This document shows positions 25,233-37,557 of a stretch of 64,000 bases of DNA, one piece after another. Each line of letters opens with the position of its first letter. Positions within the stretch are counted from its first letter, which is position 1. The translations under genes were made by a program, and so were the position numbers. Under the pieces are notes generated by a model. It was given only the letters and a program-made list of their open reading frames with translations. It had not been told where the DNA came from and did no database searches. The DNA lies in the NCBI GenBank assembly GCA_030264375.1, contig JASCQW010000119.1, positions 33,932,277-33,996,276 on the forward strand, given 5' to 3'. This stretch comes from Carcharhinus longimanus (Eukaryota).

Positions 25233-27830
25233 CTTGAACAGACCCAACAGTAGCTTGTGATATGTCACAACAGTAAAATTCATAGACATACAGGTGGAAT
25301 TTTCTCACTCTGTACACAACAGACAACCCTTTTTCTATTTGCAAATAACCTTTCTCAGCTTCTGAAAGGGTTCTCAGCACATGCAATAGGCATCTCAGAC
25401 TCATCATCCATTCTCTGAGACAAAATTGCCCAACGTCGTATGGGGAGGTGTCATATATCAGTACTAACTCCTTGGAATGATCAAAATGTACCAGTGGGCA
25501 AGATGACTGTAATAGTTGCTTGACCTTAATAAATGCTTTTTTCTGTGGTGGTTTCCAGAATAATGTCTGGTATTTCTTCAGTAACACATGTAAAGGAGCC
25601 AACAGTGTTGACAGATTTGGCAGGAAACGCCTGTAATAATTAACTGTCGCTGGAATGATTTAAGCTCAGAGACTTTTCCCAGGACCAGTGCCTTCTTTAT
25701 TGTACTCATTTTGTCCTCCATAAGATGCAATCCCTATGCATCTACATGGTAGCTGAGGGAAAGCTATTTCATTGGTCTGGAAAGTGCGATTTTCTGTTTT
25801 TAGGTAAAGCCTTGCCTTCTGAAATCTTCTCGGTACTTCTTCCAGATTAATCAAATGTTCTTCAGTTGCAAGCATCCATATATATGATGCATGGCAAGCC
25901 CTCTAATAAACTTTCCATGGTTCTTTGAAATATTGTGCAAGCCGATGAGCAGCCAAAAGGCAAGATTGTATTATTGTTACAGGTTGAGTTTCTCCCAAAA
26001 TAACTCTAAGTCCACAATATTCCTGAAAACAGGAGTAGCTCCTACCAATTTTTTTCTGATTTTCAGAAACACACTGTGCATTACAGAAGCCCTAGCGGGA
26101 TTCCCTCTGGAAATGAGGGGGCAGGGCTATTCCTGTCTGAGAGGTCAGCAACATAGCGCTGAGTGGGCCATTGCGCATGCGCCGATCTGTCAGAGCGGAG
26201 ATCGATACATGTGCAGAGGCCCTGCATTGCAGGCCTCTTGATCGCTGGTGAGTCCTGCAAACCCCCATTGCTGGTTTTGCTGACCACTCCACCCACCAAT
26301 GACTTGGACTGCCCCGAGCCAAGCCCCTAAGTTATCCCCTCCTCTCCCCCTTTTCCTTTTGTGGGGAGCAGTTTTAAACTGTGCTGTAGTGAACCACCGC
26401 TGGCGGTGGGCGGGTGGAGAGGGGGGTTGGGAATGTTTGTGGACCCAGAGACTTCAGTCCTGGGCCTGCTAACGATGTGGAAATGAATATTTCCATATTG
26501 TAATCAGCTCCACGCCAATTTCCGGCACAGAACTAATTGCGCTGGAAATCTTGGACTGGGAGTCATGCGGAGGATGCGGCGCCCAGCGGGAAGCCTGTAA
26601 AACAGCCTCCGCTGTTCTCTGCCAGCCTGCTCTGCTACTAGAGCAGTGCAGTGGGCCGGGAAAATCGTCCCCATAATTTTTATGGGTGTTAGTAGTCACA
26701 TAGCCTCTAGAAGTATCATTCAACTCCGACTGTTGATAGGCTTAGGAATGGGGATCTTATTGAAACTTATAGGATACTGCAAGGCCTGGATAGGGCGGAC
26801 ATGGAGTTGATGTTTCCACTTGTAGGAAAAACTACAACCAGAGGGCGCAACTTAATGGTAAAGGGACGATCCTTTAAAACAGAGATGAGGAGGAATTTCT
26901 TCAGCCAGAGAGTGGTAAATCTGTGGAATTCTTNNNNNNNNNNNNNNNNNNNNNNNNNNNNNNNNNNNNNNNNNNNNNNNNNNNNNNNNNNNNNNNNNNN
27001 NNNNNNNNNNNNNNNNNNNNNNNNNNNNNNNNNNNNNNNNNNNNNNNNNNNNNNNNNNNNNNNNNNNNNNNNNNNNNNNNNNNNNNNNNNNNNNNNNNNN
27101 NNNNNNNNTCTTATGGTCTTAAATCTAATTTTGTGTATGATTGTCCCCCAGGCAGTGTTGCATATAAATTCTCTATCTTTGGGGTAGGGTATTTGTCCAG
27201 CTTTGCAGCCTGGTTTACTAACAATTGATAGTCTCCACAGATGCAGACTGTTTTGCCTGCTTTTATCACAGGCAATATGGATGCTATCCATTCTGCAACT
27301 GGACCCGCTTCTATTCATTTTAGTTTGGTTATGACTTTCTCTAACAAAGTGCGGACACAGGTCTAGCTCTGAAAGATTTTGTGCTGGCTTCTGGGTCTAT
27401 ATGAACTTTTGCCTTCAAGCTTTTAATCTTCCCAAGTTCAGCTTGAAAAATGTCCTGGATTATTTCATACTGGTCTCCTTCATTCTGAAAATTCCCAACA
27501 AGTTGAGTTTTATTTCTTGGATATAATTGTAGCCCATTAGACTTGGCCCTTGCCCAGACATCACAATCAATTGAAGTTGGGCAGATTGTTGCCAATAGCT
27601 CACAGAGATTTCAGTTGTACCCACAATCCTTCCCTCATGTATGTTGCCAGTCTTATTGACTGTTCATTTATTTCAGAGACTGGATCCATTCTCGCAGATG
27701 CCTGTAGGTCTGGTCCCCTACTACAGTAGCAGTGGCTCCCATGTTGACTTCCATTCTTAATGGCGTACCATTGAATAATAGTGGGATCGAAGCAAGCGGG
27801 GCGAGTGAGGTGAATCCCGAGAGCCTTCAT
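25232..27830 (-). mobile_element. Decayed Gypsy (Ty3) pol: protease, RT and RNase H, interrupted by a MITE (~26060-26675) and a CR1 (~26745-27115)
   Basis: APLHVLLKK...W..PQKKAF.KVKQLLQSS..LVHFD.SKELVL..DTSPY (RNase H), EEHLINLEEV..RFQKA (RT), KAGQIPYPK, AELGKIKSLKAKVHIDPEA. Confidence 0.88.
26745..27115 (+). mobile_element. CR1 LINE 3' end
   Basis: FPLVGKTTTRGRNLMVKGRSFKTEMRRNFFSQRVVNLWNS. Confidence 0.9.
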
Positions 27831-28664
27831 GCCTGTCGGAATCTTGATTTTTGACCAATGCACCTTTCGTCGGGGCATCAGGATTCCTACCAGCTGTCTG
27901 AAGAGGTGGGATAATTGGGCCCTTTGTCTCAATTTTAAGAAGATGCTTCTCTCAAGCTATATCTCTTATCCTAGTTAGCCAATAAGTTGTCTGTCATTTA
28001 AAGCTGAGATGTCTTGAACAGGAGCCAATTCAATCCCTCTGTCAAGGTTAATAAGTAATTTTTTTTTTGCCAGTCCACTTATAATTCACACAGCATTTTA
28101 AGAGTCTGTATTAATAATTAAGTATTAATAATATGTTTATAACTATAAAATTTATAAACATATGTGTTCCAGATAACCTTTTCAGCCTTTCTAACATATT
28201 TATTAATGAATTATTTATTCTTTATCTGTCTCACAATTGATGCCACACACTGAACTCATCTGCCTAGTTTGCAATAATGTGGAATTTGTCTTTATTACAA
28301 TGGTTTTTGTCAATTTAGCACAAAATGCTTAATAACGTTAATTCAAACTACAAAATGATAGTCACTCTAAAACTATTAATTTTGAAACTACCAACAAAGC
28401 ACCCTCAAAATCTTATGGGCAGAATTTTATGTGTCCCTCAAGGTGGGGAGGTGAGGGGAATGTAAAATTGAATGGATGGAATTCCCTGGAACCTGCAAAC
28501 CCAAACCCGGACATAATTTCACTCTTGGCAAGCAGGGTCTTAGGTGGAATTCCACCCTTTCACTTATTTAGATCCTTAAGTGACCATTTAATTTTAGGCT
28601 GGTAGGAGCATGTGTGTAGGATGGGGAAGTGAGGTGTCCTGTGCCACTGTCAGAGTGGAGATCA

Positions 28665-29260
28665 GTGCATGCTGTAGGTTGACCCACATTGCTGTTAGGG
28701 AGGGAATTCCAGGATCTTGACTTAGCAACTGCAAAAGAATGGCAATATATTTCCAAGTTGGGATGGTGAGTGGCTTGGAGGCGAACTTGCAATTGGTGGT
28801 GTTCCCATGTATGTGCTGCCCTTCTTCCAAATGGAAGTGGTTGAGGTTTGGAAGGTGCTGTCTAAGAATGTTTGGTGATGCAGTGCATCTTGTAGATAGC
28901 ACACACTGCTGCTATTGAGCATCAGTGATGGAGAGAGTGGATGTTTGTAGATATGATGCCAATGAAGCGGCTGTTTTGTCCTGGATGGTATCGAGCTTCT
29001 TGAGTGTTGCTGGAGTTGCACCCATGCAGGCAAGTGGGGAGTATTCCGTCACACTCCTGACTTGTGCCTTATAGGTGGATTGGCTTTGGGGAGTCAGGAG
29101 GTGAGTTACTCACCACAGTATTTCTAGCCTCTTGACCTGCTCTTGTAACCACTGTGTTAATGTGAGTGCAGTTCAGTTTCTGGTCAATGGTAACCCCAAC
29201 GATGTCGACAGTGGGGGAATTCAGTGATGGTAACACCGTTTAATGTCAAATGGCAGTGTC
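28665..29260 (-). mobile_element. Non-LTR retrotransposon RT C-terminal fragment (CR1/L2 group, clade uncertain)
   Basis: YKAQVRSVTEYSPLA(W)MGATPATLKKLDTIQDK. Confidence 0.75.
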
Positions 29261-30084
29261 ACAAATAACATTGACAGTTTCAACACTGATCTCCTCTTTC
29301 CCTTTTAAAGTGACTTAATTGTCTCTAGTTTCATTGAAAAATAATTCCCTGAGTCTTATATGCTTTTCATCATCAGAGGGACCAAACATTTTTTTGTTAA
29401 TATTATTGTCTCTACTTCCACCGAGCTGTAGTCATCTTGAACTTACATGACAAAACATTTTACAATTGTGCAGCATTCAATAAAGTTGTATCAACATTTT
29501 GCAATGATTTGTTGACAGCATTAATTCTTTTGAAGTAAATGGTTCCACAAAACAACAAAAACACCAATATTGTACTTTTAAAACTTCTCTGTTAGGGATC
29601 TTGCTTCACTTTGACATGTAGTTTATTTGAATTTGATGTGGCTCTGTCTGATAAGGTTTCCTTGATATCAATAAAATTCAGTTTCAATGCCAAAACAGCA
29701 TTTGCATGGTGAACCACCTGATGTCACAAATTATTTTTACCATCAAATGTTTTCCCTGTGTCTGCTCCATCATGATTGCAACATATTCTACTGATGTGTG
29801 GAAACTGAAATAAGTTTTGAACAAAGTCAAAGAAATACACCTGTCTCATAGGATTCAGCTGCAGTGTGGCAGATTAAATTCAAGGGGTGACTGGAACATG
29901 TGATGGATAATGCACAGGGGTTTGCGTTGTTTAGTCCTGCTTGTAGACCTGAATATTTGCCTGCCATATTTGAAGATAGGCCCATGATAGTTTTTGATGT
30001 CCAATTCCAAATCTGCAATGATTTCCAAAACTGTTGTTTTGAGATGATCAGAAGTGTGGGGTTGCAGCTGAACAAAACAGAAAT

Positions 30085-30590
30085 AAGAACATAAGAACCA
30101 TCTGGCCCCTCAAGCTGCTCCACCATTCAAGAAGATCAGAGCCGATCTTTTTGTTGACTCAGCTCCACTTACCCGCCCGCTCATCATAACCCTTAATTCC
30201 TTTACTGTTCAAAAATTTATTCATCCTTGCTTAAAAACATTCAATGAGGTAGCCTCAACTACTTCACTGGGCAGGGAATTCCACAGATTCACAACTCTTT
30301 GTATGAAGAAGTTCCCCCTCAACTCAGTCTTAAATCTGCTTCCTCTTATTTTGAGGCTATGCCCCCTAGTTTTAGTTTCACCCACCAGTGGAAACAACTT
30401 CCCTACTTCTATCTTATTTATTCCCTTCATAATCTTATATGTTTCTATAAGATCCCCCCTCAATCATCTAAATTTCAATGATAATTGCAGTCTACTTAGT
30501 CTTTCCTCATAAACCAACTCTTTCAACTCCGGAATCAACCTAATAAATCTCCTTTGCCCCCTTCAGTGCCAATATATCCTTTCTCAAGAA
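30085..30590 (-). mobile_element. CR1 LINE 3' end
   Basis: RGDLIETYKIMKGI...RGHSLKIRG..F..ELRGNFF.QRVVNLWNSLP, with a TTCTTATG tail. Confidence 0.92.
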
Positions 30591-30764
30591 AATGCTTGAC
30601 AAAAGTAATACATAAAAGGCTGGTTAGCAAAATTGATGCTCATAGACTAGGAGAGTTAATGTCAACTTCAGTAGAGAAACATTGGATTAAGGACAGAAAA
30701 CAGAATGGATAACATGGTTATTTTTTCAGACTGGAGGATGATAGACAATGATCATAGAAACCAA

Positions 30765-31030
30765 CAACAATCCCATCTAGGCCTTATCCCCATAACCTCA
30801 CATATTTATCCTGCTAATCCCTCTAACCTACGCATCCCGGGACACTAAAGGGCAATTCTGCATGGCCAATGCACCTAAACCTCACATCACTGGAGTATGG
30901 GAGGAAACCAGAGCACCTGAAGGAAACCTACATGGACACGGGGAGAACATGCAAACAGTGACCCAAGCCGGAATCGAAGTCAGGTCCCTGGAGCTATGAA
31001 GCAGCAGTGCTAACCACTGTGCCACTGTGC
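30765..31030 (-). mobile_element. HE1-type SINE
   Basis: Reverse-complement head ...GCAGCAGTGCTAACCACTGTGCCAC plus the core sequence. Confidence 0.85.
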
Positions 31031-31261
31031 TATCCTCAGGGCTAGAACCACAGCTTTGTTTAACTGTAAGTTAAAGTTCCAACAATATTGGAATAAGAAA
31101 TAAAACTTTAACAGTTAACAATGATACCAAGCTTGGTGGAATGGCAATGTGGATGTCACCAATCAACTGCAACACAGCAGAGATCAGCGAGCAGAATTAA
31201 CAAGTGGCACATGGAATTTAATATTTGGAGGTGAAGGCAAAGTGATTCAGCTTGACAGAAA

Positions 31262-31715
31262 TATAGAAATATAGAAGGTAGGAGCAGGAGGAGGCCATTC
31301 AGCCCTTTGAGCCTGCTCTGCCATTCATCGCAATCATGACTGATCATCCAACTCAATAGCCTAGTCCAACTCAATTTCACCCCATAACCTTTGATCCCAT
31401 TCACCCCATGTGCTATATCCAGCCACCTCTTGAATACATTCAATGTTTTGGTATCAGTTACTTCCTGTGGTAATGAATTCCACAGGCTCACCACTCTTTG
31501 GGTGAAGAAATGTCTCCTTATCTCCGAATCCTCTGACTGTGACCCCTGGTTCTGGACTCACCCACCATTGGGAATATCCTACGTGCATCTACCCTGTCTA
31601 GTCCTGTTAGAATTTTATAAGTCTCTATGAGATCTTCCCCTTATTCACCTGAAATTCAGTGAAAACAATCCTAACCTAGTCAATGTTTCCTCATACATTA
31701 GTCCTGTCATCCCGC
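31262..31715 (-). mobile_element. CR1 LINE 3' end
   Basis: VVSLWNSLPQEV..KTLNVFKRWLD, with the GGCCTCCTCCTGCTCCT tail. Confidence 0.9.
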
Positions 31716-31719
31716 CAGG

Positions 31720-32600
31720 ACATAGAGTGGCAATATAGACGCAATGGCACAGTTCTAAATGGTGTGCAGGAACAGAGGGATCTGGAGGATACATATGATA
31801 GATCTTTAATGGTGGCAGGACATACCTAGAGAATGGTCAGCAAGGCAGATGGGATCTTAGGCTTCATAAATAGAGGCATTGAGTACAAAAGCAGAGAGGC
31901 AATGCTGAAACTTCAACAAGTGCTGTTTAGCCACAATCAGAGTGTCGCCTACTCTAGGTAGATGGTGAGCTTCCACAAGAGCTTTAGAAACAGTTTACCC
32001 AAATGATTCCAGGGATGGAGAATTTTAGTTACAAAGTTAGGCTGGAGAAGTTTGTATTGATCTTTGAGCAAAGGGGATTGAGGGGGATTTGATGAAGAGG
32101 TGCAAGATTGTGATGAGTAGGCAAGGAAAAATGGTTCCCCTTCTTTGATAGTACAAGGACTGTGGGGATTTAGATAAGATTTTGGAAAAGAGATGCAAGG
32201 GGCAATGTGAGGAGGACTTAATCGGTAAATGACCTGGAACTCGCAGTCCATGACTGCGGTGAAAGCTGAGATGATGTGAAGGTGGTTACCTTTGGCCAGG
32301 ACCCATTCCTTGAAGTAAACTGGTCTCACAGGCTGTGCCAAAGCATAACGAGCCCAGTGCCATCTCCACCCAGTCCGGAAACCATGTACAAGGAGCTGCA
32401 ATTGGACATTGACATCAATTCCATAATTTCAAAAGGAAATTGGGTGGGCATTTGAAGGAAATAAATTTACTGGAGCCACAGGCATAGAGAGCAAAGGTGG
32501 GGGAGAGAAGGGAGGGTTTGGATTTATTGGATTGCCCCCTGGAGACCTGGCGTGGGCTCGATGGGTAAATGGCCTCTTTCTGTGCTCTATATGATTCTAT
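31720..32600 (+). mobile_element. Older CR1 LINE (further pieces at ~30595-30750 and ~31090-31260), hosting the UNG fragment
   Basis: QEQRDL, LGFINRGIEYKSREAML, WNS..., TTTCAAAAGGAAATTGG, and tail AATGGCCTCTTTCTGTGCT..ATGATTCTAT. Confidence 0.85.
32273..32413 (+). pseudogene. UNG: Fragment of uracil-DNA glycosylase (family-1 UDG/UNG) coding sequence inserted inside a CR1 3' end
   Basis: Translates as DVKVVTFGQDPFLEVNWSHRLCQSITSPVPSPPSPETMYKELQLDID, colinear without gaps with vertebrate UNG [47 protein letters not shown]. There is an in-frame TGA just upstream and CR1 sequence on both sides. Confidence 0.85.
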
Positions 32601-33824
32601 ACATTAACAGGAAGACTGAATTTCTTCCTTGCCACTCCAGGACCAATAAGAAACAACATTCCCAATGTGACCCAGCTAAGGCCCTCTTGCAGCTTGACAG
32701 TCACGGTTGGTAATGTTGGCAATGCCTTCAATGAGAAAGCGTCAATGCTACTAATGATGGAGGCCATTGGACCCTTTTTTATCTTCCATACACGAGTCCT
32801 CCATGATTAATGGTGCTTTTCAATAATTTCTTCACGAATGCTTATAAACTATAGAGACAGAATAACGCAGGTCGAGCATTTGGTATGACTAAGAGTTACG
32901 AATGTGATTAAAGCAGATGCTGAAACAAGGACAGAAAATGCTGGAAAATCTCAGAGGTCTGACAGNNNNNNNNNNNNNNNNNNNNNNNNNNNNNNNNNNN
33001 NNNNNNNNNNNNNNNNNNNNNNNNNNNNNNNNNNNNNNNNNNNNNNNNNNNNNNNNNNNNNNNNNGCCATGATCTTACTGAATGGCGGGGCAGGCTCGAA
33101 GGGCTAGTTGGCCTACTCCTGCTCCTATTTCTTATGTTCTTATGTTCTTATGAGAGGACTCATCAATTAATGCTTTTGCAGGAGTCAGGGAATAATTTGC
33201 AACATAACACTAGACTGCCTTTGAGGTTTCTGAAGAAATCAATTTACTCCTAGTTTCTGTCATCCCATTATCTTTACTGTCAGAAAATGGAACTTATGAA
33301 GATTTCTAACCTGTGTCCAGCCTCCAACCTGAAATTTTTTTCTCAATTTTCCATATTACCTACGTTATCTGGTTCATTTAGTATGAAATATTCTACCATA
33401 CCCAGTGGAACAGACTTTCACCATAAGGCAATGTCTTCAGGGTAGGTTCCTTCCCTCGCTTCAGCAGCAGAAGAATCAAGAGTATCTTGTAGCTCCATTC
33501 TGATTTTAGGGTCCACTTCTTCTTGTTCTTGAACTTCTTGTTCAACTTTTTCAAGGATGTGGTATCTCCGAAAATCGGCAAGTTGATATCATTAGATAAT
33601 TTAAAGGTACTTTTGGTGAATGAGGATGAATGTGCAGTTTGTGCACTGCTCAATACTTGAAACATTTTACAGTAAAATGGCAATGTCTTTTTGCCTACCT
33701 TTGTCCTCTTGCCTTGCCTTCAATTTTCTGTGCTTTTCACTGCCAGATTGATAGTGTCGCTTCATGTTGACTGATCTTTCTTGATTTTAATGAATGCATT
33801 TTCTGAATGATCAGACTTTTTATG

Positions 33825-34265
33825 CCCTCCTCAGCCCTCGAGTTCAAGTTTTCCCTGTTCACTTGATGACCTTATGTTCTGCTGGCTCACTGGCTGCCTG
33901 ACTAGGGTATGGTGTTATTCTTGGTTGACAAGCCCTCCTCAGCCTGCTGGCCTGGTTGTGTCACCCCACTACTCCTCTTGATGACTCCTCAGCCCTCCCA
34001 CATCACCCCTGCCCAACAACAACTTTGGAAAACCCACTAGCTCATTCACTGGCTTGCCTCCTGCCTGGCCTCCTCACGTCACCTTTGCCCTTGTTTCATT
34101 GCTCACCAGCCCTCCTCAGCCCTGCTGCTGGCTTGGTTGAGTCACCCACTGCTCCCCTCAATGACTGCTGGCACCTCCTTAGCCCTTGCACCTCACCTTT
34201 GCTCAACGACGATGACCTCAGGAAATGAGCTGGCTCACTCATTGGCTTGCCTGCTGCTTGGTTGG
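33825..34265. repeat. Degenerate direct repeats upstream of the hAT transposase start
   Basis: AGCCCTCCTCAGCC..TGCTGGC.TGGTTG.GTCACCC.ACT.CTCC recurs at ~33930 and ~34108, with partial copies elsewhere. Confidence 0.65.
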
Positions 34266-34799
34266 CCACCACCAACCAGAGCCCAATGTTGCTCTGCATT
34301 TGTGCTGACAGGCTAAAGAAATACAAATGAGCTTATCAGTGATTTTAGAGACTTCAGGCTCTGATTGGTGCCCCAAAGCCAATGGCCAGCATGGGGCACC
34401 TGCATTGGTTGGGGTCCAAGGCACGCTGTGTTTCATTGTAAGTCTGCTTCTGCCATTGGTTCTTATGCAGTCCACAACAATTTGATCTTTCCCCTCCTAC
34501 TAAAGTGCGGGTGTTTCCACTTCCTCGCCCTCACCTGCAGAATGTTTCATGGTGGGAGAGGCAGCCCCCTCATGGGCTGGAATAAAATCTTCCAGTCCAG
34601 CCACTGTCGATGTGTTTTCGACATGTTTTGACATTGTTTGCACCCTCTACCACCGGGGAATCCACAATGGTGCTCACCTTGGACAGGACCGGAAGATCCT
34701 GCTGGCGGGAAAGGCCAGTAAATTTCAGCCCAAATTCCACTTGAGCCTCGAGGTTAATTTAACCTTGATATGAGGCCGGCAACATAGTTTTTAGGGCAC

Positions 34800-35560
34800 A
34801 GGCTCAATGCTGCAGAGAACACTATCTATTTCTTTTTACTGCCTGTTGAATGGTCCCCTCTATCACAATGCTCATGATTCCTGCAGACCCCACTCTTGTC
34901 CACAAAGGCTGCAAGAATCTTGTATTGTTGGTCAAGTACAAGGGCTAAACTTCCTCCAATGTTACCTTCTAAATCCTGTTACCTGCCTCATGCACAGCTA
35001 TACCCTCCTATCCCTGACCATGGAAAAAAATCTGAAGGTTTGTGACTATCTATCTCCTAGAAAAATGTCCATGTAACTTTTTCCTTCCCCAATACATTGT
35101 AGCATCTGACCCTGGCTCATAAACTCTAAACTGAAGTTCCTGTAGCTGCAGCCATCTATTGCAGGTGCAATTGTTGTAAATCACACTGGTGTCTCACATG
35201 TTACAGCTGCAACACCTTATCTGCATTGTTGTCTCTAGTGAATTTTATTTAGCTAATTAGGTTTTTAATTTTTGAAATGTCTCTCAATTGTTACTTTATA
35301 GTTTCTATCCTAAATAATAACCTTGCTCAATTTATTGAGTTGGGTAATATGATTTAGATCTTTACTGTAACTTAGCCCACAGTCCAAATTTAACCCTTTC
35401 GTATTTTTTTATATATATTAAGCAGCACCTTTGATTCTTTACAACTGACTTCCCACATTCACCAAATTCCCTTACACTGGTGAAATCTGCACTCAAGTGA
35501 AAGCTGCTCTGAGCTAATACACCTATTGTAAATTCAATTACAACTTCACATACCCCCAAT
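34800..35560 (-). mobile_element. CR1 5'/ORF1 fragment (zinc finger-leucine zipper)
   Basis: QIRCCSCNM*DTSVIYNNCTCNRWLQLQELQFRVYE at ~35110-35225. Confidence 0.6.
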
Positions 35561-35984
35561 TGAATTATTTAATTTTCTGCATCTTATTTAAACAATTCCT
35601 AGTTTGGAAAGGGAAAAATGGAGAAATGCTCATCAATCACTTTCATGTGACATCACATTTCGAGTTTTCTCTCTGTTTTATAGATTTTTGATTCAAAAAA
35701 GTTCCATTCACCCCACTGCTGCTCCCTACTAGCTTTGTCTGAGCCTCATGTCTCAGGACTTGTTGAAATGCTCCATTGCTGTCAGTTCTCTCAGAAGTCC
35801 ATCCACCTTGGAATATAGTGGTCAGAATTCTCTGGCTGTTCATGGGATTTTCTGGTCCCACTGAAGTGAACAAAGATTTGGCTGATCGTCAAATCCTTCA
35901 TCTTCGCTGGCAGAGGTGGAGGGGCATGAACAGTTGGCGCATTCCGGCCAGTATATTCAATTGAAACAAGTACAAGCAAGCCTC

Positions 35985-36085
35985 AGGAGATGCAACACTT
36001 GTCCTTTAATATCCTCCCTTCTCACCATCCAAGGCCCCAAACACTCCTTCTGAGTTAAACAGCAATTTACTCATACTTCTTTAAG
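35985..36085 (+). mobile_element. Penelope GIY-YIG-adjacent fragment
   Basis: RCNTCPLISSLLTIQGPKHSF*VKQQFTH. Confidence 0.65.
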
Positions 36086-36289
36086 TACATCAACTGCACA
36101 AAGGTGAAAAACACAGGGTTCCTTTATTCCACTGGCATCAAAGTTGTATAAATTGTCAAGGGAAAGCTTAACTTAAAGGAATAAGCTATTTACTGTGAAT
36201 ATTCGCAGTGATGCTCCAGATCCTTGCTGCTGCACTACTCCCCTCTCTCCCTCTCCATGAGCTTTCTTAGAATTCGCTCGAGCTATGTT

Positions 36290-36715
36290 TGCCATAGCTC
36301 AATGGGTAACATTTTCACCTCTGAGTCAGAAGTTGGTGGGTTATATCCCACTCCAGAGAATTGAATTCAAAAAGTTAGGCTGACACTTTGATGGTACTGA
36401 GGTAATGTTGAAAACACTGCTTCAGATGACTTGTTGAACTGAGGCCCATGCTATTCTGTCAACTTGATATAAAATGTTCCATAATACTGTTTTGAAGCTG
36501 ATACAGGGAATTTTCCTGGTATCCTGGCCAACCAAATTTCTAAAAGAACCAGATTACCTGAACATGATCATATTGCTATTTGTGGGAACTTACTGTTTGT
36601 AAATTGGCTACTGCTTTTCTTACATTGCAGCAATGACGATATTTTGTTGGCTGTAAAGAGCTTTGGGACATCCAGAGGTCATGGGAGGCATGATATAAAT
36701 GCAAGTTTATCTGTT
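36290..36715 (+). mobile_element. SacSINE1-like DeuSINE
   Basis: tRNA-like head (GCTCA.TGGGTA..A...CCTCTGAGTCAGAAG), Deu-domain-like centre (TTCAGATGA...AACTGAGGCCC...TCCTGGCCAA) and tail AAAG.GCTTTGGGAC.TCC.GAGGTC...TATAAATGCAAG. Confidence 0.8.
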
Positions 36716-36914
36716 TTTAAAACCAATATTCCCAGTAAAGAAGCTTTGACATGATGCACATTCTGGCAATGACCTGAAGTCCTCTGACACCAGCTGTATT
36801 GGCTTCAGCCAGTTCTGTAATTAGCTTCATACTTAGAAGAACTAGATCAATCCTTACATAAACAGAATTGATTGCTTGTAGCACTTAATCTTGGGGGCTC
36901 AACTATTACTCAAC

Positions 36915-37228
36915 TCTTCCGCATGAAATCCCTATGTGCAGAAGGAGGCCATTCAGCCCATTGAGCCTGCACCGTCAACAATCCCACCCAGGCTTTATCT
37001 CCGTAACACCATGTATTTACCCAGATAATCTGCCTGACACTAAGGCTCAATTTAGCATCACCAATCCACCTAACCTGCACATCTTTGGACTGTGGGAAGA
37101 AACCGGAGCATCCAGAGGAAACCCATGCAGACACAGGGAGAATGTGCAAACGCCACAGTCACCCAAGGCTGGAATTGAATACAGGTCCCTGACACTGTGA
37201 CATAGCAATGCTAACCACTGTGCCGCCT
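36915..37228 (-). mobile_element. HE1-type SINE, near full length
   Basis: AGGAGGCCATTCAGCCCAT...CACATCTTTGGACTGTGGGA.GAAACCGGAGCA...GCTAACCACTGTGCC. Confidence 0.9.
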
Positions 37229-37557
37229 TTCTACATTATTTCTTCTCTTCCATCTTCTTCTGTTTGGATTTTGTTGCACTATTGTCAAGTTATCATTTCG
37301 TCCAGTTAGTCCAATCAGGTTAGTTAATAATATTCATGCTGTGTAATCAAAAGGTTGTGGATTTTCTTGCAATATGCCTTTAAGGGTTAGCAGCATGCCA
37401 CTTTAAGATGAGTGTTCAACAGAGTAAGAGTTAATGTGGAACTGCCCATGGCATGATATAGAGAGTCACATGATAGTAGACTATATGGTAGATTCTGGAA
37501 GGAGCCAGAATGCAGATGGCACCCGTGCATATAGTACTTTGGATACGTTTATAGTTA

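Larger units (their letters stand above)
28050..33765 (-). mobile_element. Decayed hAT transposase (Tip100/ZMYM1-like), fragmented by younger LINEs and SINEs
   Basis: Start MKRHYQSGSEKHRKLKARQE (33765), YPEDIALW, TTF zinc-finger-like SETSKAV*CY..CKLF (~33200), core SNMAGKYSGLQA..NP..CSSHPLNL (29830-30000), dimerisation-like remnant at ~28230-28330. Confidence 0.75.

Noticed and set aside
24910-25602. Longest ORF in the track (230 aa)
   Set aside because: It is a chance read-through of decayed Gypsy RNase H sequence into Penelope fragments, not a gene.
31949-32401. 150-aa minus-strand ORF
   Set aside because: It is the antisense of CR1 plus the UNG fragment; the meaningful frame is on the + strand.
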